A DNA stretch of 64,000 bases from Octopus bimaculoides (Eukaryota). Position 1 is the stretch's first letter. Each line of letters opens with the position of its first letter. The stretch spans positions 116,765,468 through 116,829,467 of the forward strand of contig NC_068981.1 in the NCBI RefSeq assembly GCF_001194135.2, written 5' to 3'. Below, piece after piece: positions 25,463 to 38,886 of this stretch. Below the pieces are notes generated by a model. The model searched no databases. It was not told where the DNA came from and saw only the letters and a program-made list of their open reading frames with translations. A program made the translations under genes and the position numbers.

Positions 25463-26109
25463 TGTTGTTATATTTCGGGATAGTAAGACATTTTTTTTGT
25501 TAAATAAACACACGCACTATATATTTGTTTCGTTTTGGAATTTGGTTTGCAAGATTATTTATGTGAGTTCGTGTGTTGAAGCATATTCTGTTGTGTCTGG
25601 GGAGAGTCATTTTCTTTTTGTGCCTTATAATTTAACACACTCACCGGTAAAATTTCCACTTATTGCTTTTTTATAAAAAAATAATAAAAAAAGAAAAAAG
25701 AAATAAGTGGAAATTTTGCCGGTGGGTGTGTTAATTTATAAGGCACCCAAAAAGAATGACTCTCCCCAGGCACAACAGTATATATTCGTTTTTCACTCGT
25801 TTATTATTGTTCTTATTTTATGCTATGTCCATTGCCTGGAAATCGTTCGTCAAACAACTATGACCTCTTCAGCGACCCTTTCCATATACGTGTATTCCCC
25901 TATTTTGCCACGTCCTGGTGAATAAGCTATGCGGGAGCAGGAGAGTACACGTGATGGAAAAGTTCGCTAAAGAAGTCACAGGTGTGTGACGAACGATTTC
26001 CAGACAATGGATATAAGATAGAACAAGAACTAATAAACGAATGAAGAACGAATATACAGTGTATGTGTTTATTTGGCAAGAATAGAGACCATCCCGAAAT
26101 ATAACAACA
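25463..26109. repeat. Nested foldback element (outer IR enclosing two adjacent hairpins)
   Basis: Perfect 19-bp outer IR 25463-25481 / 26091-26109; IR 25585-25662 / 25704-25780; IR about 25779-25908 / 25931-26057. Confidence 0.8.
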
Positions 26110-26127
26110 CATATACACACACGCACG

Positions 26128-26178
<51 letters not shown>

Positions 26179-26334
26179 TTATTTCTAAAGTCAAACACGT
26201 TTAGTAATAAAACGATGGGAGCAAAATCATATATTAGATACACTGAATACACAGAGCAACAGGGAACAAGCGCAGAAAGTCACCAATTCCTCATTAGTTA
26301 TCAGCCAAAGTGTCAAGCGCAATTTCGTGCTACT

Positions 26335-28025
26335 ATCGATAATATTGCATCCATGCTTAAGACATCAGGAGAAGTGAGATATGGGCATGTCACACGTATA
26401 GATAATCAGGTTGTACACTAACGCCTGGTTTAGCAGCAGTATAGTCAATTGCTATAAAGGTAAACGTAATGCCTTAGACAGAAATAAGTACAAGGATGTC
26501 AAATTGCTAGATCAAGTCACCAAAGTTAGAAAAAGGCTTATAGCTCAGAGGCAACTGCAGGTCACATCAAGCTAAAATCAAACCTCTGTTTTTCTCTTTT
26601 GTTGAAATGGAGAAAGCTTTTGACTCGGTACCCCGCTCCCTTATCTGGTGGGAAAAGCAGAAGCTGGGATAGATGAGTGGTTGGTAAGAGCTGTACAAGC
26701 CATATACAGAGATGCTGTCAGTGCGGTGAAAGTCGGCATTGAGTATAGCAAGGAATATAGCTCACAGGTAAGAGTTCGCCACAGATCGGTTCTCAGTCCC
26801 GTCTTGTTAATCATTGTTCTCCTGACCGTAACAGGAACTTAGGAATGGCTGCCCTTGCGAGGACCTTGTTTTTATTGCTGGATCATTACCTGACCTAGAG
26901 AAGAAATTTCGTGTGGAAGCTAGGTCGGGAATCAAAGTTCTAGCAAGTATAAAAACAGACAAATCACTGATCCCTTTAGGGAGGTGGTCCTGCCGATATG
27001 TAGAAAAGGTATTAACAGAAACTCCTTACGGTGTACCCAGCGCAAGCTATGGACACATAAGAGGTTCAGCAGTATCACAGGATAGTTAACAGAGAAAGTA
27101 GTCTTTATATGTGGAATATGTGCAGGTACATTAAACACTAGGAATGTGCAGAAAATAGACTCCCTTAAATGTCCGGTAGGCTCCTTAGACGTAACAGATA
27201 GTTTCCGTTACTTAGGCGACAAATTTAGCAGTGGAGGAGGTAAATCTAAAAGCGGAGTTGCTAGAATAAGAACGGGCTGGGCAAAGTTCAGAGAGCTGCT
27301 ACCTTTTGTAGTAAAGAGGCCACCCCCTCAGAATGAAAGGCAGATTGTATGATGCCTGTGTACAAACAGCTATGCTACATGACAGTGAGACACGGGCTGT
27401 GACTGTTGAGGACATGCGAAGGATTAAAAAAATGATGTCAGCATGCTCCGCTGGGTGGGTAATGTCTGTGTGAATATACGACAGAGTATAAGTAACTTGA
27501 GTGGAAAATTGTGTATACGAAGCATCCGTTGCAGTTTGCAAGAGGGATGACCACGCTGGAATGGTCATGTCCTACATATGAATGACGACAGTTGCATCAA
27601 CAAATGTCAATTTCTAATAGGGTGGGGTAAGGGTTAGACCCAGGAAGACGTGCACAGAGTGGTAAGAAAGGATCTTCAGACACTGGGGCTCACAGAGGAG
27701 ATGACAAGGGACCGAAACTTCTGGCAGTGTGATGTGTTTGAGTAAATACGTCTAGCTAAGAAGATTTGCGGTCATCCATACATACACGTATGTTCTCTAC
27801 GTCTCTCTCTCTCTCAGCCGAGAGATCTTAGTCTTATGGGTCGTACGTGCTTGTGCTACGTTAAAAGCATCCCGTACTGTAATGTGGTCGAGGTTAGAAA
27901 GAGCATCCAACCATAGAAACCACGCCAAAACAGGCGAATGCAGTCCAGGCAAGTCTCTGGCCGCCCAGCTTCGGTCAAACCATCCAACCTATGTCAGGAT
28001 GGTGAGTGGACGTTACATGATGATG
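26335..28025 (+). mobile_element. RTE-clade LINE, 5'-truncated, decayed (RT, C-terminus, 3' UTR)
   Basis: ASMLKTSG..VNCYKGK..ALDRNKY..FVEMEKAFDSVPR..GIDEWLVRAVQAIYRDA..SVLSPVLLIIVL..DSFRYLGD..ARIRTGWAKFRELLP; 3' end ...ggacgttacatgatgatgat. Confidence 0.92.
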
Positions 28026-28044
28026 ATATTAATATGCATTCACG

Positions 28045-28114
<70 letters not shown>

Positions 28115-28828
28115 CGCACACATAAATATCCTTTGGGAGAATGATAAGAATGACAATGCGATGGCGATGATGGTCATGACAACAGCTACGTCGACGAGCA
28201 AGTCGACACACACGACTAAGATGGCAAGAGAGCGGCGGAGCTGGTGTCGATGATGATGATATGATGATGACGATGACGATGATTACGACGATGATGATGA
28301 CAATGACGATGAGGGTGAGTAGAGTGATAATAAGGTTAAGGACGACAACGTCAATGACAAGAGACGAAAGTGTCATTAAAAAAACTGCAAATATGATGAT
28401 AATGATTATAAAGATGCTGACGAGAAAACCTACAATGATGATGATTATGATTATAGTGATAATAGTATGAAGAGTAGGAGGAGTTGAATGAAGATAGTAA
28501 ATGTCATTCTACTGTGAACAACGACCTTTTGATGTCACCTGACAAAAAGGGGAGTGAAACTTGCAATGAAGCACTAGCGATCTACGATGAACTAGATCCT
28601 TTTTATTTATGTCAACCGGAGTAGATTTATATTGGTAACAAATGTTGTGATCGGAGGAGGCTCTGAAGGTGCAGCCTTCCTTTAACAACCGTCAACATAA
28701 GCTAATAACAGTATTGCATGAGCTACACGACCCCTGCCTTTTACAAACACATCCACATATACTCTCATACAAGTCAGGAGCATCACATCGCTCATAGATT
28801 GATAATAGATAAATAGATAGAAAGATAA

Positions 28829-28867
<39 letters not shown>

Positions 28868-29253
28868 CATGCATACATACATACATACATACATATATAT
28901 ACATACATACATGATCATTATATTTCACGTCGCATATTGCACCAACCGTCATTACTAAAAGCATCACGATTTAACCTTACGAACATACAAACAGTAATTA
29001 TGTGTGTTATTGCTTGTTTTTGTATAATGTCTGTGTGTAAAGGGTCTATGTTCATATATGCCTGTGTGTGCATGTTCATATATGTGTGTGTGTATTTATT
29101 TATGTGTGTGTGTGTGTGTGTATGTATTGTGTGGATATACATTTATTTATATATATGAATGTGTACACACACACACATACACAAACAAACATATTTTACT
29201 TCACGTATGTGCGTATGTGTGTCTGTCTCTACGTAATTTCCATGTGAAAATGT

Positions 29254-29298
<45 letters not shown>

Positions 29299-29975
29299 TG
29301 TGTACGAAACATACACACATGTATGCATATATGCATACGAACACACATAGCAACATACACATACACATGCATACATACTCGGGCCCACCCAGACAAGCAT
29401 AAAATGTGCACACGCATTGATTTTCTTTACACTGAACCGAACACCATCTCCGCCCTCCTACAATACACTATCACTCTTTCAAATGTTTCCAGACCAACAG
29501 ACACACACACACATGCACACGCACCGCTACCCCACACACACTCTACCTATTTGACCTCAAACACTCCCATCAACAACCTCCTTTACTCTTTCAACCATGC
29601 GTTACACACGATGTTACAAACGGCACTTATAAAGCTTACAGATCAGTCGCTCGGTTGTCGTTCGGTCGACCGCTCCGCTCTCTGTCTATGGCACGGTCGC
29701 TCTGTGATTGCCGCCACCGCCCGTTCTGGCATGGGTGTGAACAAATTACCCCATCTCAGGTCCTCAGCCAGCTTTCTCCATCATCCCTATTTTCCTCTGT
29801 ACTGATACCACCAGCACCGCCACTACCACTACACCACCAACCGTTTCCCCACCCACAATGCCCCTTTTGCGATGAAATAAGGGACTAATATGTCTATGTA
29901 ATTTCATGCTACAAATGTCAACTGTCTGTAGTCGAGCGTTAATAATTTGCCTTTTCCAACTCCTTCCACTTACTC

Positions 29976-30091
29976 TCTTCTTCTTCTTCTTCTTCTTCTT
30001 CTTCTTCTTCTTCTTCTTCTTCTTCTTCTTCTTCTTCTTCTTCTTCTTCTTCTTCTTCTTCTTCTTCTTCTTCTTCTTCTTCTTCTTCTTC
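29976..30091. repeat. (CTT)n microsatellite, about 38 units
   Basis: Direct inspection. Confidence 0.95.
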
Positions 30092-30669
30092 TCATTAACG
30101 CTCCTCTTTCCTCTCCTCTCTTCTTTCTCCCTTCCACTTCCCTTAGAATTAATACATTCATATTCACTGCTTTGTACATGTTCTTCATTATTTCCCTCTG
30201 GATTATTTAAGTCTTTTGCTGTTTTGCTTCTTTTTTTCTAAACTAATGTCCGATGTTCAAATGAGAGTAGTAGTCGTTATCCGCAGATCAGCTTTGATCC
30301 ACCATATGACATACGATTGTTGGCATTCCAGCCGTGACCTTCTTGTCCTTTCAAGCTTTATTTATGTGGGACAACACTTTTCAGTATGACCTTTTAACGG
30401 CCAGACGGACCTTACATCGAATGAGAATTACTGTAATTTTGATTTTTGTAGAAGAAACAATGAGACAGTTTGTGTGAAATGGAGTATTTTAGAATGTAGA
30501 ATTATTGATGCAACTGTGTATCAATTAAAAAAAACTAGACTCGTGCATATATAGAGGGTTATTCAAAGAGCATGAACCGATATATATTATGCAATATTTT
30601 AATAAGGAAAAGTAATAGAAAAACTCCAACTAAGTCACAAGTATTTACTCACAATCAACTTTTATTTCC

Positions 30670-31313
30670 TGTCTTACAAGTGTTCAATGTGGCCACCACC
30701 TGCAGCACGGGCAACATCAGTGCGATAACGGTATTTCTCCCAGATGCGTATCAATCGTCACAATGTGCGTATTTGGGGAACAGAGCAAGCACATGAAACA
30801 GTTGAGCATGAAAGAGATTCCCCTAAGGTGAACGTCTTCCGTGTTGTGTCTCATGACAAGGTTTATGATACCTTTTTCTTTAAAGGAAACACTGTTACAG
30901 GACAAACCTATCTCAATATGCTCCAAAACTAGTACTTCACTTTACTGCAAGCAGATTCGCATGACTTCATTTTTTAACAAGATGGAGCACCGTCCCTTTG
31001 GCACCCGATGGTTCGAGCTTTTTTAAATAAAAAAAAGTGCCACAGCAATATATTGGTCGAAAAGGAACCCCATTACCCTGCTCTTTGTGCTTGAGATCCC
31101 CAGACCTCACCATGTGTGATTTTTTTCTTGTGGGAATATCTAAAAGATCGCGTTTATGTTCCATCGCTAACCTCGATGACCTTAAATATCGAATAACGAC
31201 AGCGATCAACTCAGTGGATCGTAATATACTGATAAGCGTCTGGGAAGAATTCTCTTATTGCATTGATGTTGCCCGTGCTGCAGGTGGTGGCCACATTGAA
31301 CACTTGCAAGACA
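30670..31313 (+). mobile_element. Tc1/mariner-superfamily transposase fragment (rosa/DD41D-like) with its 3' end inverted at the left boundary
   Basis: NRHNVRIWG..HERDSPKVNVF..QDGAP..YIGRKG..RSPDLTMCDFFL motifs; 59-bp IR 30670-30728 / 31255-31313 with 3 mismatches. Confidence 0.85.
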
Positions 31314-31725
31314 TCCAAGTAAAAAAAAAATCGAAAACAATTTATATATAAATCAATAAATAAATGAAATAAAAGAATAAAACAATTTCTAAGACACCAG
31401 AACTCAGTAGATGAAGTTACAGATACGTCGATTTACAGGGTAATCTGACGCAACCTAGGTGAAACAAATTTTTCTGCCTAATTATTCTTTATTTCTTATC
31501 AGTGTTAGACATGTTTCCTCTATATACGTTCTGCATAGAACCTATGTTCCATCCCTTGTATGTTTATGCAATGTATTTTTTTTTTTAAACTTTGTATACG
31601 TTGTTGCTGTGTCAATGGGACTCTCGTATCGTTAATTGCTGTGAGAGATACACTTGAAGATTGTAATAATGAACTAAAACAGAAATATAAAAACTGTAAC
31701 AATATAATTTTCTAGGAAACAAATA

Positions 31726-32971
31726 TGAGGTCGTCATGTATGAAATTTGTATAAAAGGAAAAAAAGTTTGCAAATGCTTTATAAATACAACGAATAGTTT
31801 TATTCATCAAAGTATGCACCCATATTGTAAATACACTTTTGCCATTTCAGTGGTAGCTTGTCCAGCCCGGAACTGTAAAAACCTGGCTATCTAGAGTCAA
31901 TAAAATCTTGGAAGGCCTGTTTTGCTGCATTGTCAGAATTAAATTTTTTTCCTATCGCAAAGTTATCCAAATTCTGGAAGAAGTGGTAGTCTGTGGGGGG
32001 TAAGATCAGCTGAGTACTCCTGTAGTTTTGCCAATGTTATTTTTGCGATGTGTTGTCTGGCGTTGTCTTGTAGATCTGTTGATTAATCTAGGCTGTTTTT
32101 TTTTCTGTAAGTTTCTGTATCATTTGGTCCAGTTGGATGCAGTATACTTCGGCCGTGATTGATGAGCCAGGTTTAATGAAGTCATACTGGATCACACCTG
32201 CGCCAAACAACCAAACACACACCATCAGCTTCTTTTGATGAATTTTGCTTTTTGGATTGTATTTTGGTGGCTCATCTTTGTCCAACCACTGTGCTGAACG
32301 TTTACGGTTGTTGTATTGGATCCATTTCTCATCACATGTTACAATTCGATTCAAAAATGATTCATTTTTGCGACAAGGAAGTAACATAATGCAGGCTTCC
32401 AAACATTGCTAATTCTGATTTTCATTGAGTTCATCTGCAACCCAATCATCCAACTTTTTAACTTTACTGATATGAACTAGGTGAGTCAATATTGCTTGCT
32501 TGGTAACACCAAACAAAAACCATAATTTCTGGGCACTTTGAGATGGATCTGACTTGACGGTGGCCTTCAGTTCGTCATTATCTACTTTTGTTTCTGGTTG
32601 ACCGCGTTGCTCATTTGTGAGGTCAAAGTTACCGGAACGAAATTTTGCAAACCAATTTGATACTGTCTGCTGTGTAGTAACACTAGAATGAAATACTTCA
32701 TTAATATTCCGAGCTGTCTGTGATACTGTATTTCCAAGAAAGAACTCATATTTCAAAACTGTACGAATTTCCAGCTTATCTCTAAACAAAAATAGCAAAA
32801 AACGATTTATAAATACTTTATAAAGCGCAAAATGAGTTAGAATAAAGAACTAGTTGTGTCAGCTTTCTAACAGAAAAAAGAAAGATTGTCAAAATATAAT
32901 AATGGCGCAAAATGAGCAGCTGTCAAAGTTTACCACATACCTTACTACAAATTTCATACTTGACGACCTAA
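31726..32971 (-). mobile_element. Full-length mariner element (about 1.25 kb), transposase inactivated
   Basis: 25-bp TIRs 31726-31750 / 32947-32971 with 2 mismatches, TA on both sides; ORFs 32409-32798 and 32088-32402 are one frame split by a TAG; motifs FRSGNFDL, IVTCDEKW, LQDNAR, TDYHFF. Confidence 0.95.
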
Positions 32972-33009
32972 TATTTCTATACATTTTGTGTGCGTGTGCC
33001 TCTTTGTAT

Positions 33010-33870
33010 GTCTGACTGTAAATATTTAGTTCAGAGAGCTCCTGCCTCTGCTGGTAACAAAGGGCCTCTCGCTCAGAGTGAAAGGTAGACTCTATGATAC
33101 CTGTGTGCGAACAGCCATGCTACACGGCAGTGAACTATAGGCTGTGACTGCTGAGGAAATGCGTAGGCATGAAAGAAATGAAGCTAGTATGCTCCGCTGA
33201 ATGCATAATGTCAGTGTGCTTATACGAGCACTCTAACAGAAAAGTTGGACACAAGAAGCATCAGACGTGCTGTGCAAGAGAGACGACTGCGCTGTTATGG
33301 TCATGTGTTGCGTATGGATGAACACCTGTGTGAAGAAGTGTTACACCCTAACAGTGGAGGGAACCTGTGCAAGAGGTAGACTCAAGAAGACATGGATGAG
33401 GTGGTGAAGAACGACCTTCGAATTTTGAGCCTCACAGAGGCAATGACAATCGAACGAGACCTTTGGAGATTTGCTGTTCTTGAGAAGACCTGACGAGCCA
33501 AGTGAGATCGTAGCCTTCAGTCGTTGGGTAATACGCTATGCTTGTGAAGACCTATCGAACCAAGTGACATCGTAGTCGTGGCCTATGCCAATGCCGCCTG
33601 ATTGGCTCCTCTACCAGTGGCACGTAAAAAGCACCATTCAAGTGTGGCTGAAGTCAGTGCCGCCTGAACGTTACCCGTGACGGTAGCACGTAAAAAGCAC
33701 CCACTACTTCCTCGGAGTGGTTGGCGTTAGGAAGAGCATCCAGCTGTAGAAACCTTACCAAATCAGATTGGAGCCTGGTGCAGCCTCCCGGCTTGCCCTT
33801 CCTCAATCAAACCGTCCAACCCATGCCATCATGGAAAGCGGACATTAAACGACAACGATGATGATAATGA
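33010..33870 (+). mobile_element. RTE-clade LINE 3' end (second subfamily)
   Basis: LPLLVTKGLSLRVKGRLYDTCVRTAMLHGSE..RRLRCYGHVLRMD homologous to 27300-27760; tail ...ggacattaaacgacaacgatgatgat. Confidence 0.9.
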
Positions 33871-34715
33871 TGTATGAGATGTTGCACATGATCAAATGAA
33901 ATTATCTGTAAATATCGAATAGAATCATGGACAGCATATTTGTGATAGCACTTTACTCTGGAAAAATGCTTTATTCCCCGTTTCTGTCCCCAGGAAAGCG
34001 AAGGAACTTAAAAATAGTAACTGCATCTCTCTCGAATGAGATCTTACAATAAGAGAAAAGGTTTGGCTAATAGTGAGAAAAATAACTGACGAGGTCCTCA
34101 TGGATCGAACGATTGTGATCATTGATTCTGCTTGCTCGAAGCTCACATGAGGCTGAACCCTGAAAAATCCATTCGCAGGAAATCCATTTCTACAAGCCTA
34201 AACCTGATACTATCACTCGCTTTCAATACATGAATCCAAAAGCTAAACGTTTTTCTTCGTATAAGATGCAACGCAATGTGGAGAAAAAATAATATATAAA
34301 CTTCCGCTTGCAAAAATGCAGCCAACAATTTAAATAAACAACTAAACAAAGAAAGATATTGTAGTCCTTATTTTATTCTTTTTGCCCTAGAATCTAATAC
34401 GAATATGAAAGACTTTTACGGAACTTATTCGTAATAACTACTGAGAAAATATTTTTCTAGTAAAATGACACAACTATGAACAGAAAGTGTTCTCTATTCT
34501 TATCAGATAAATATTTTTCTTTCTTACTTAAATAGAACAAGCTCCGAATGTTTCACAAACAATCATACCTGCTGAGTGTTTAATTATATACGCATATGTA
34601 TGTATAACTCTCCAAGCGATTGTTGTCTATATAACCATATTTGTGTTTCTGTTTGAGTTGCCGTGTATTCATGTATTTATGTAATAAGTATAACTTCACG
34701 TAAATGTGTCCGTAT

Positions 34716-34764
<49 letters not shown>

Positions 34765-35062
34765 CATATAAATATATATATNNNNNNNNNNNNNNNNNNN
34801 NNNNNNNNNNNNNNNNNNNNNNNNNNNNNNNNNNNNNNNNNNNNNNNNNNNNNNNNNNNNNNNNNNNNNNNNNNNNNNNNNNNNNNNNNNNNNNNNNNNN
34901 NNNNNNNNNNNNNNNNNNNNNNNNNNNNNNNNNNNNNNNNNNNNNNNNNNNNNNNNNNNNNNNNNNNNNNNNNNNNNNNNNNNNNNNNNNNNNNNNNNNN
35001 NNNNNNNNNNNNNNNNNNNNNNNNNNNNNNNNNNNNNNNNNNNNNATATATATGTATGTATG

Positions 35063-35135
<73 letters not shown>

Positions 35136-35489
35136 ATGTATGCACGTTTATGTGCTTGTCTATATGTGCGTGTGTGTACATATAAAAATGTATATAAGAA
35201 AATGAATATCAAATCAGTTATTCAGTTTTCAGAAACATTTCAAAATATAAATATTGGTATTTTTCAGAAGTTATTTGTGGAGTATATATGATATATTGTG
35301 TGATTAACTGTGTTTCATTTCTTTCGAATGCTCCGGTTTGTTAGACGTTTCGGAAAATCAGTCTATTTTCAACATTCGTTTTCACAATGAGTAGAAATTA
35401 CCTACTTGCAATTCATACTAAAAAAAAAAGATACTATAACTTATTCTACTAGTAAAGAAGCTTCGTTCTCATCCATATCGTTCATTCTT

Positions 35490-35887
<398 letters not shown>

Positions 35888-36896
35888 ACTCACTATGTTA
35901 GAATAAATGTGATAGCAACGAACAAATCACGGTGTGTATTCACGGTCGATTCGTTAGGAATAGAGCGAAATCTCGTTAAAATCAAACATTATCGGGTCAA
36001 AAAAGAAAATCCTACCATAAAGAGAAAACGCTTTCGACTTAGAGAAAAGGAATGGATTGCACATCTGGAGCGCCACTGATCTTGAATATTTCCGTTTGAA
36101 ACCGATCATAGACTTAAGAGCGACAGTAACAACAACAATAACTATGACAACGAAAAGAACAGCGGAAACAACAAAGTTAAACAATCATAAGGTATTCCAT
36201 ATTAGGGAAGGAATTCTCAAATTAGAACATTAAAACAACTGAATCTATTCTCGTGTATTTTGACAATGAATTGATATATTAACAAAACTATTATATGAAT
36301 TCATCAGACTGTAAATCAGCTGTAACAGACAAGAAAAATGAGGGAGCATCTTAGTGATAGGCTGACCTGCAAGAAATAGCAGATAAATCTCTCTGAAATT
36401 CGTAATACTGACATGAGTAAAGAGAAGATTCCTTTGATACTGTAATACTATCGACCACTAAAACAGTGATGGTTATCAAGAAGGGAATACGTTCAATAAC
36501 ATTTCTGCTTGCCCAAGGTGATCAGAAGATACAGAACTTAAGCAATACCAACTTCGATGTTGTCAATATCAAACTTCTTGTATGATTTTGTGTGCATAGA
36601 CGTGAAGTAACATGCAAATCTCTTTAATATACATTAAAAACAATACAATGAATGAAATCACAGTCAACAACTTCAGAGAAAACGATAGAAAATATCTTCA
36701 AACAGAAAACGAACAAAGAGTTTTAAATGTACAATTAGCAAGCAAGATAAGACCAACTGAATCATTAAAAAAGTCACTCAAATAGAATAATTCCAGTATG
36801 GTTCTTTCACTGAACCGAGGTGTCAAACAAATCTCGTGTGGTCTGCGTAATCATAATGAATGATCAAACGCTGACAAGAGTTATAAAGTTAATATT

Positions 36897-37110
36897 GGTT
36901 TCAAATTTTGGCACAAGAGCAGAAATTTCGAGGAACGGGTAAGTTGAATATATCGACCCCAGTGTTCAGCTGCTACTTGTTCTATCGACCTCGAAAGGAC
37001 AAAATGAAAAGTTGACTTCGGCGGAATTTGAACTCTGAACGTAAAGACGGATGAAATACCGCTAAATATTTTACCCGGCGTGCTAAAGATTCTCCCAGCT
37101 CGGTGCCCTC
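36897..37110 (-). mobile_element. SINE family B
   Basis: Full copy followed by (AAT)n at 37112-37184. Confidence 0.88.
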
Positions 37111-37111
37111 C

Positions 37112-37144
<33 letters not shown>

Positions 37145-37185
37145 CAATAATAATAATAATAATAATAATAACAATAATAATAATC

Positions 37186-38886
37186 GATGCATCAAGATTT
37201 CCCAAAATCTTGATCATACTCAAGTTCAAACAACCCGATGATTCAGCAGGCCTTTGACGATGAGGTAATGTGCGAAAATCAGATCAAGCGGTGGTATAAC
37301 CACTTTAAACATGGACGCACCTCAGTAGAAAGCAATGCACGCTCAGGCAGGCCATCTGCAAATTGAAATGAGGAGTAGACTGAGAAAGTTCGGCAAATAG
37401 TCATGGAAGACCGTCGTGTTACAAACCAGGAAATTGCTCACGATGTGAGAATAAGCAGAGAATCAGTGCATTCCATTTTACCGAATGATTTATGCATGCG
37501 GAGATCGCCGGTAAAATTCACACCAAAGGTGCTGGCACAGAAGCAAAAGCAACTCCGCTTGGAAATCGCTCAGGACATGCTGGATTGTGCAAACCACAAC
37601 CAAGATTTCATGATACGCAAACACGCGCGCTAACTCACGTACACATGTACACAGTGAAAGAAGTAAAGAAGACCATCATCACTGGTAATGAGAGATGGAT
37701 TCATGCTTACGACCCAGAAACCAAGTTCTAGTCCTCCAATTAGAAGCATCCTTCGTCACAAAGGCCAAAAATGTACGACAGGTTCCCAGAAATATGAAAG
37801 TAATGTTGATTTGACTCCCGTTGTATTGTGGGTCATGAATACGCATCTCAAAGCCTAACAATCAATAAGGAATACTATCTGGACATTGTAAGTTGCCTTC
37901 GTGATATGGGCGTCGAAAGCGCCCGGATATGTGGGCGGCAAAGAATTTCCAACTTCACCACGACAATGCGCCCGCTCATTCCACCCACATAATCCAAGCT
38001 TTCCTGGTCAACTCCCTATTCTCCCGACTTGGCTCCGTATGACTTTTGGCTGTTCCCCAAACTGAAAACCACACTGAAAGAGAAGTGATTTGAATGGAGA
38101 GACGAAATTGTGAGAAAAGTGGCGGTAGAGCTTCATTATTTCATTAAAATTCGCCATTGGCGGCGTTACAGAGAGGGGACAAACAAGGAGAGACAAACAT
38201 AAGGGGGAAGAAGCTTAAACGTTTTTTAAAAAATTTTACAAGTTACGAATAGATTAAAATATGATTGAAATTGATTTGAAAATTAATTTTAAAATATTAC
38301 ACAAGAAATCATTGCGCTTCGCAATGAGGTAGCTAGAAAGAAGGCAACCGACCATCCTGGTAGAACCTTTGCTTCCCAAATTGACCTCACTTATTTGGTG
38401 CCAATCTCACTCAGCTTGCGCTCCACAGACTTCCATCTTTTCGTAAACATATCCCGTGACAGGCACTTTCTCTCCAGCCTGATCTTACTACTGAGGTGGT
38501 AACTAAAACAGTTAACCAGCCCCTGGCCGGAGACAAAGGTACCTGTCACTATACCTTTCACACGCGTCTTCCATACTGTTTCTTTCAGTATGGCTACTAC
38601 GCAGAAAAAACAGGCCTTCCTTTTCCTGTTAAGGAAAGGAGGTGGTACAGTCTCGATGATAGACTCAGCTGATAGCTGTACTCTTCCTATCACTGACAAC
38701 AGTTGTTCTGCAAAGGCTATTAGTCCCGGCGGTAGAGCTTCATGTCATTCGAGAACCCCTGCGAGAAGTGCGTGAACTCTCAAGGGAAGTATTTTGAATG
38801 TGATTAAATAAATTTGTGAAATGTACAAGTGTGTTTTTTTAAACTTTTTTATGCCCAAAGCTCGGATACTTTTTGAACGAACCTCA
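37186..38886 (+). mobile_element. mariner element (irritans-like, DD34D), decayed and interrupted by a LINE
   Basis: HTH region IKRWYNHFKHGRTSVES..RSGRP, IITGNERWIHAYDPETK, HHDNAPAH, YSPDLAPYDFWLFPKLK; resumes at 38744 and ends in ...ggatactttttgaacgaacctc TIR-like sequence. Confidence 0.9.
38137..38727 (-). mobile_element. Tx1/L1-type LINE 3' end, 5'-truncated, with 16-bp TSD
   Basis: ORF LSAESIIETVPPPFLNRKRKACFFCVVA..KETVWKTR homologous to 43746-43949; TSD ggcggtagagcttcat at 38121-38136 and 38728-38743. Confidence 0.8.

Noticed and set aside
29628-29648. TATAAA plus TCAGTC as a TATA-Inr core promoter
   Set aside because: Spacing is about 17 nt, well short of the canonical 30 nt or so
33905-34350. 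Protein-like fragments (DLTIREKVWLIVRKITDEVLMDRTIVIID..)
   Set aside because: Multiple stops and no recognisable motif; may be an old TE but cannot be supported
35958-36080. Possible terminal exon IERNLVKIKHYRVKKENPTIKRKRFRLREKEWIAHLERH*
   Set aside because: Weak acceptor, no homology recognised, no linked upstream exon
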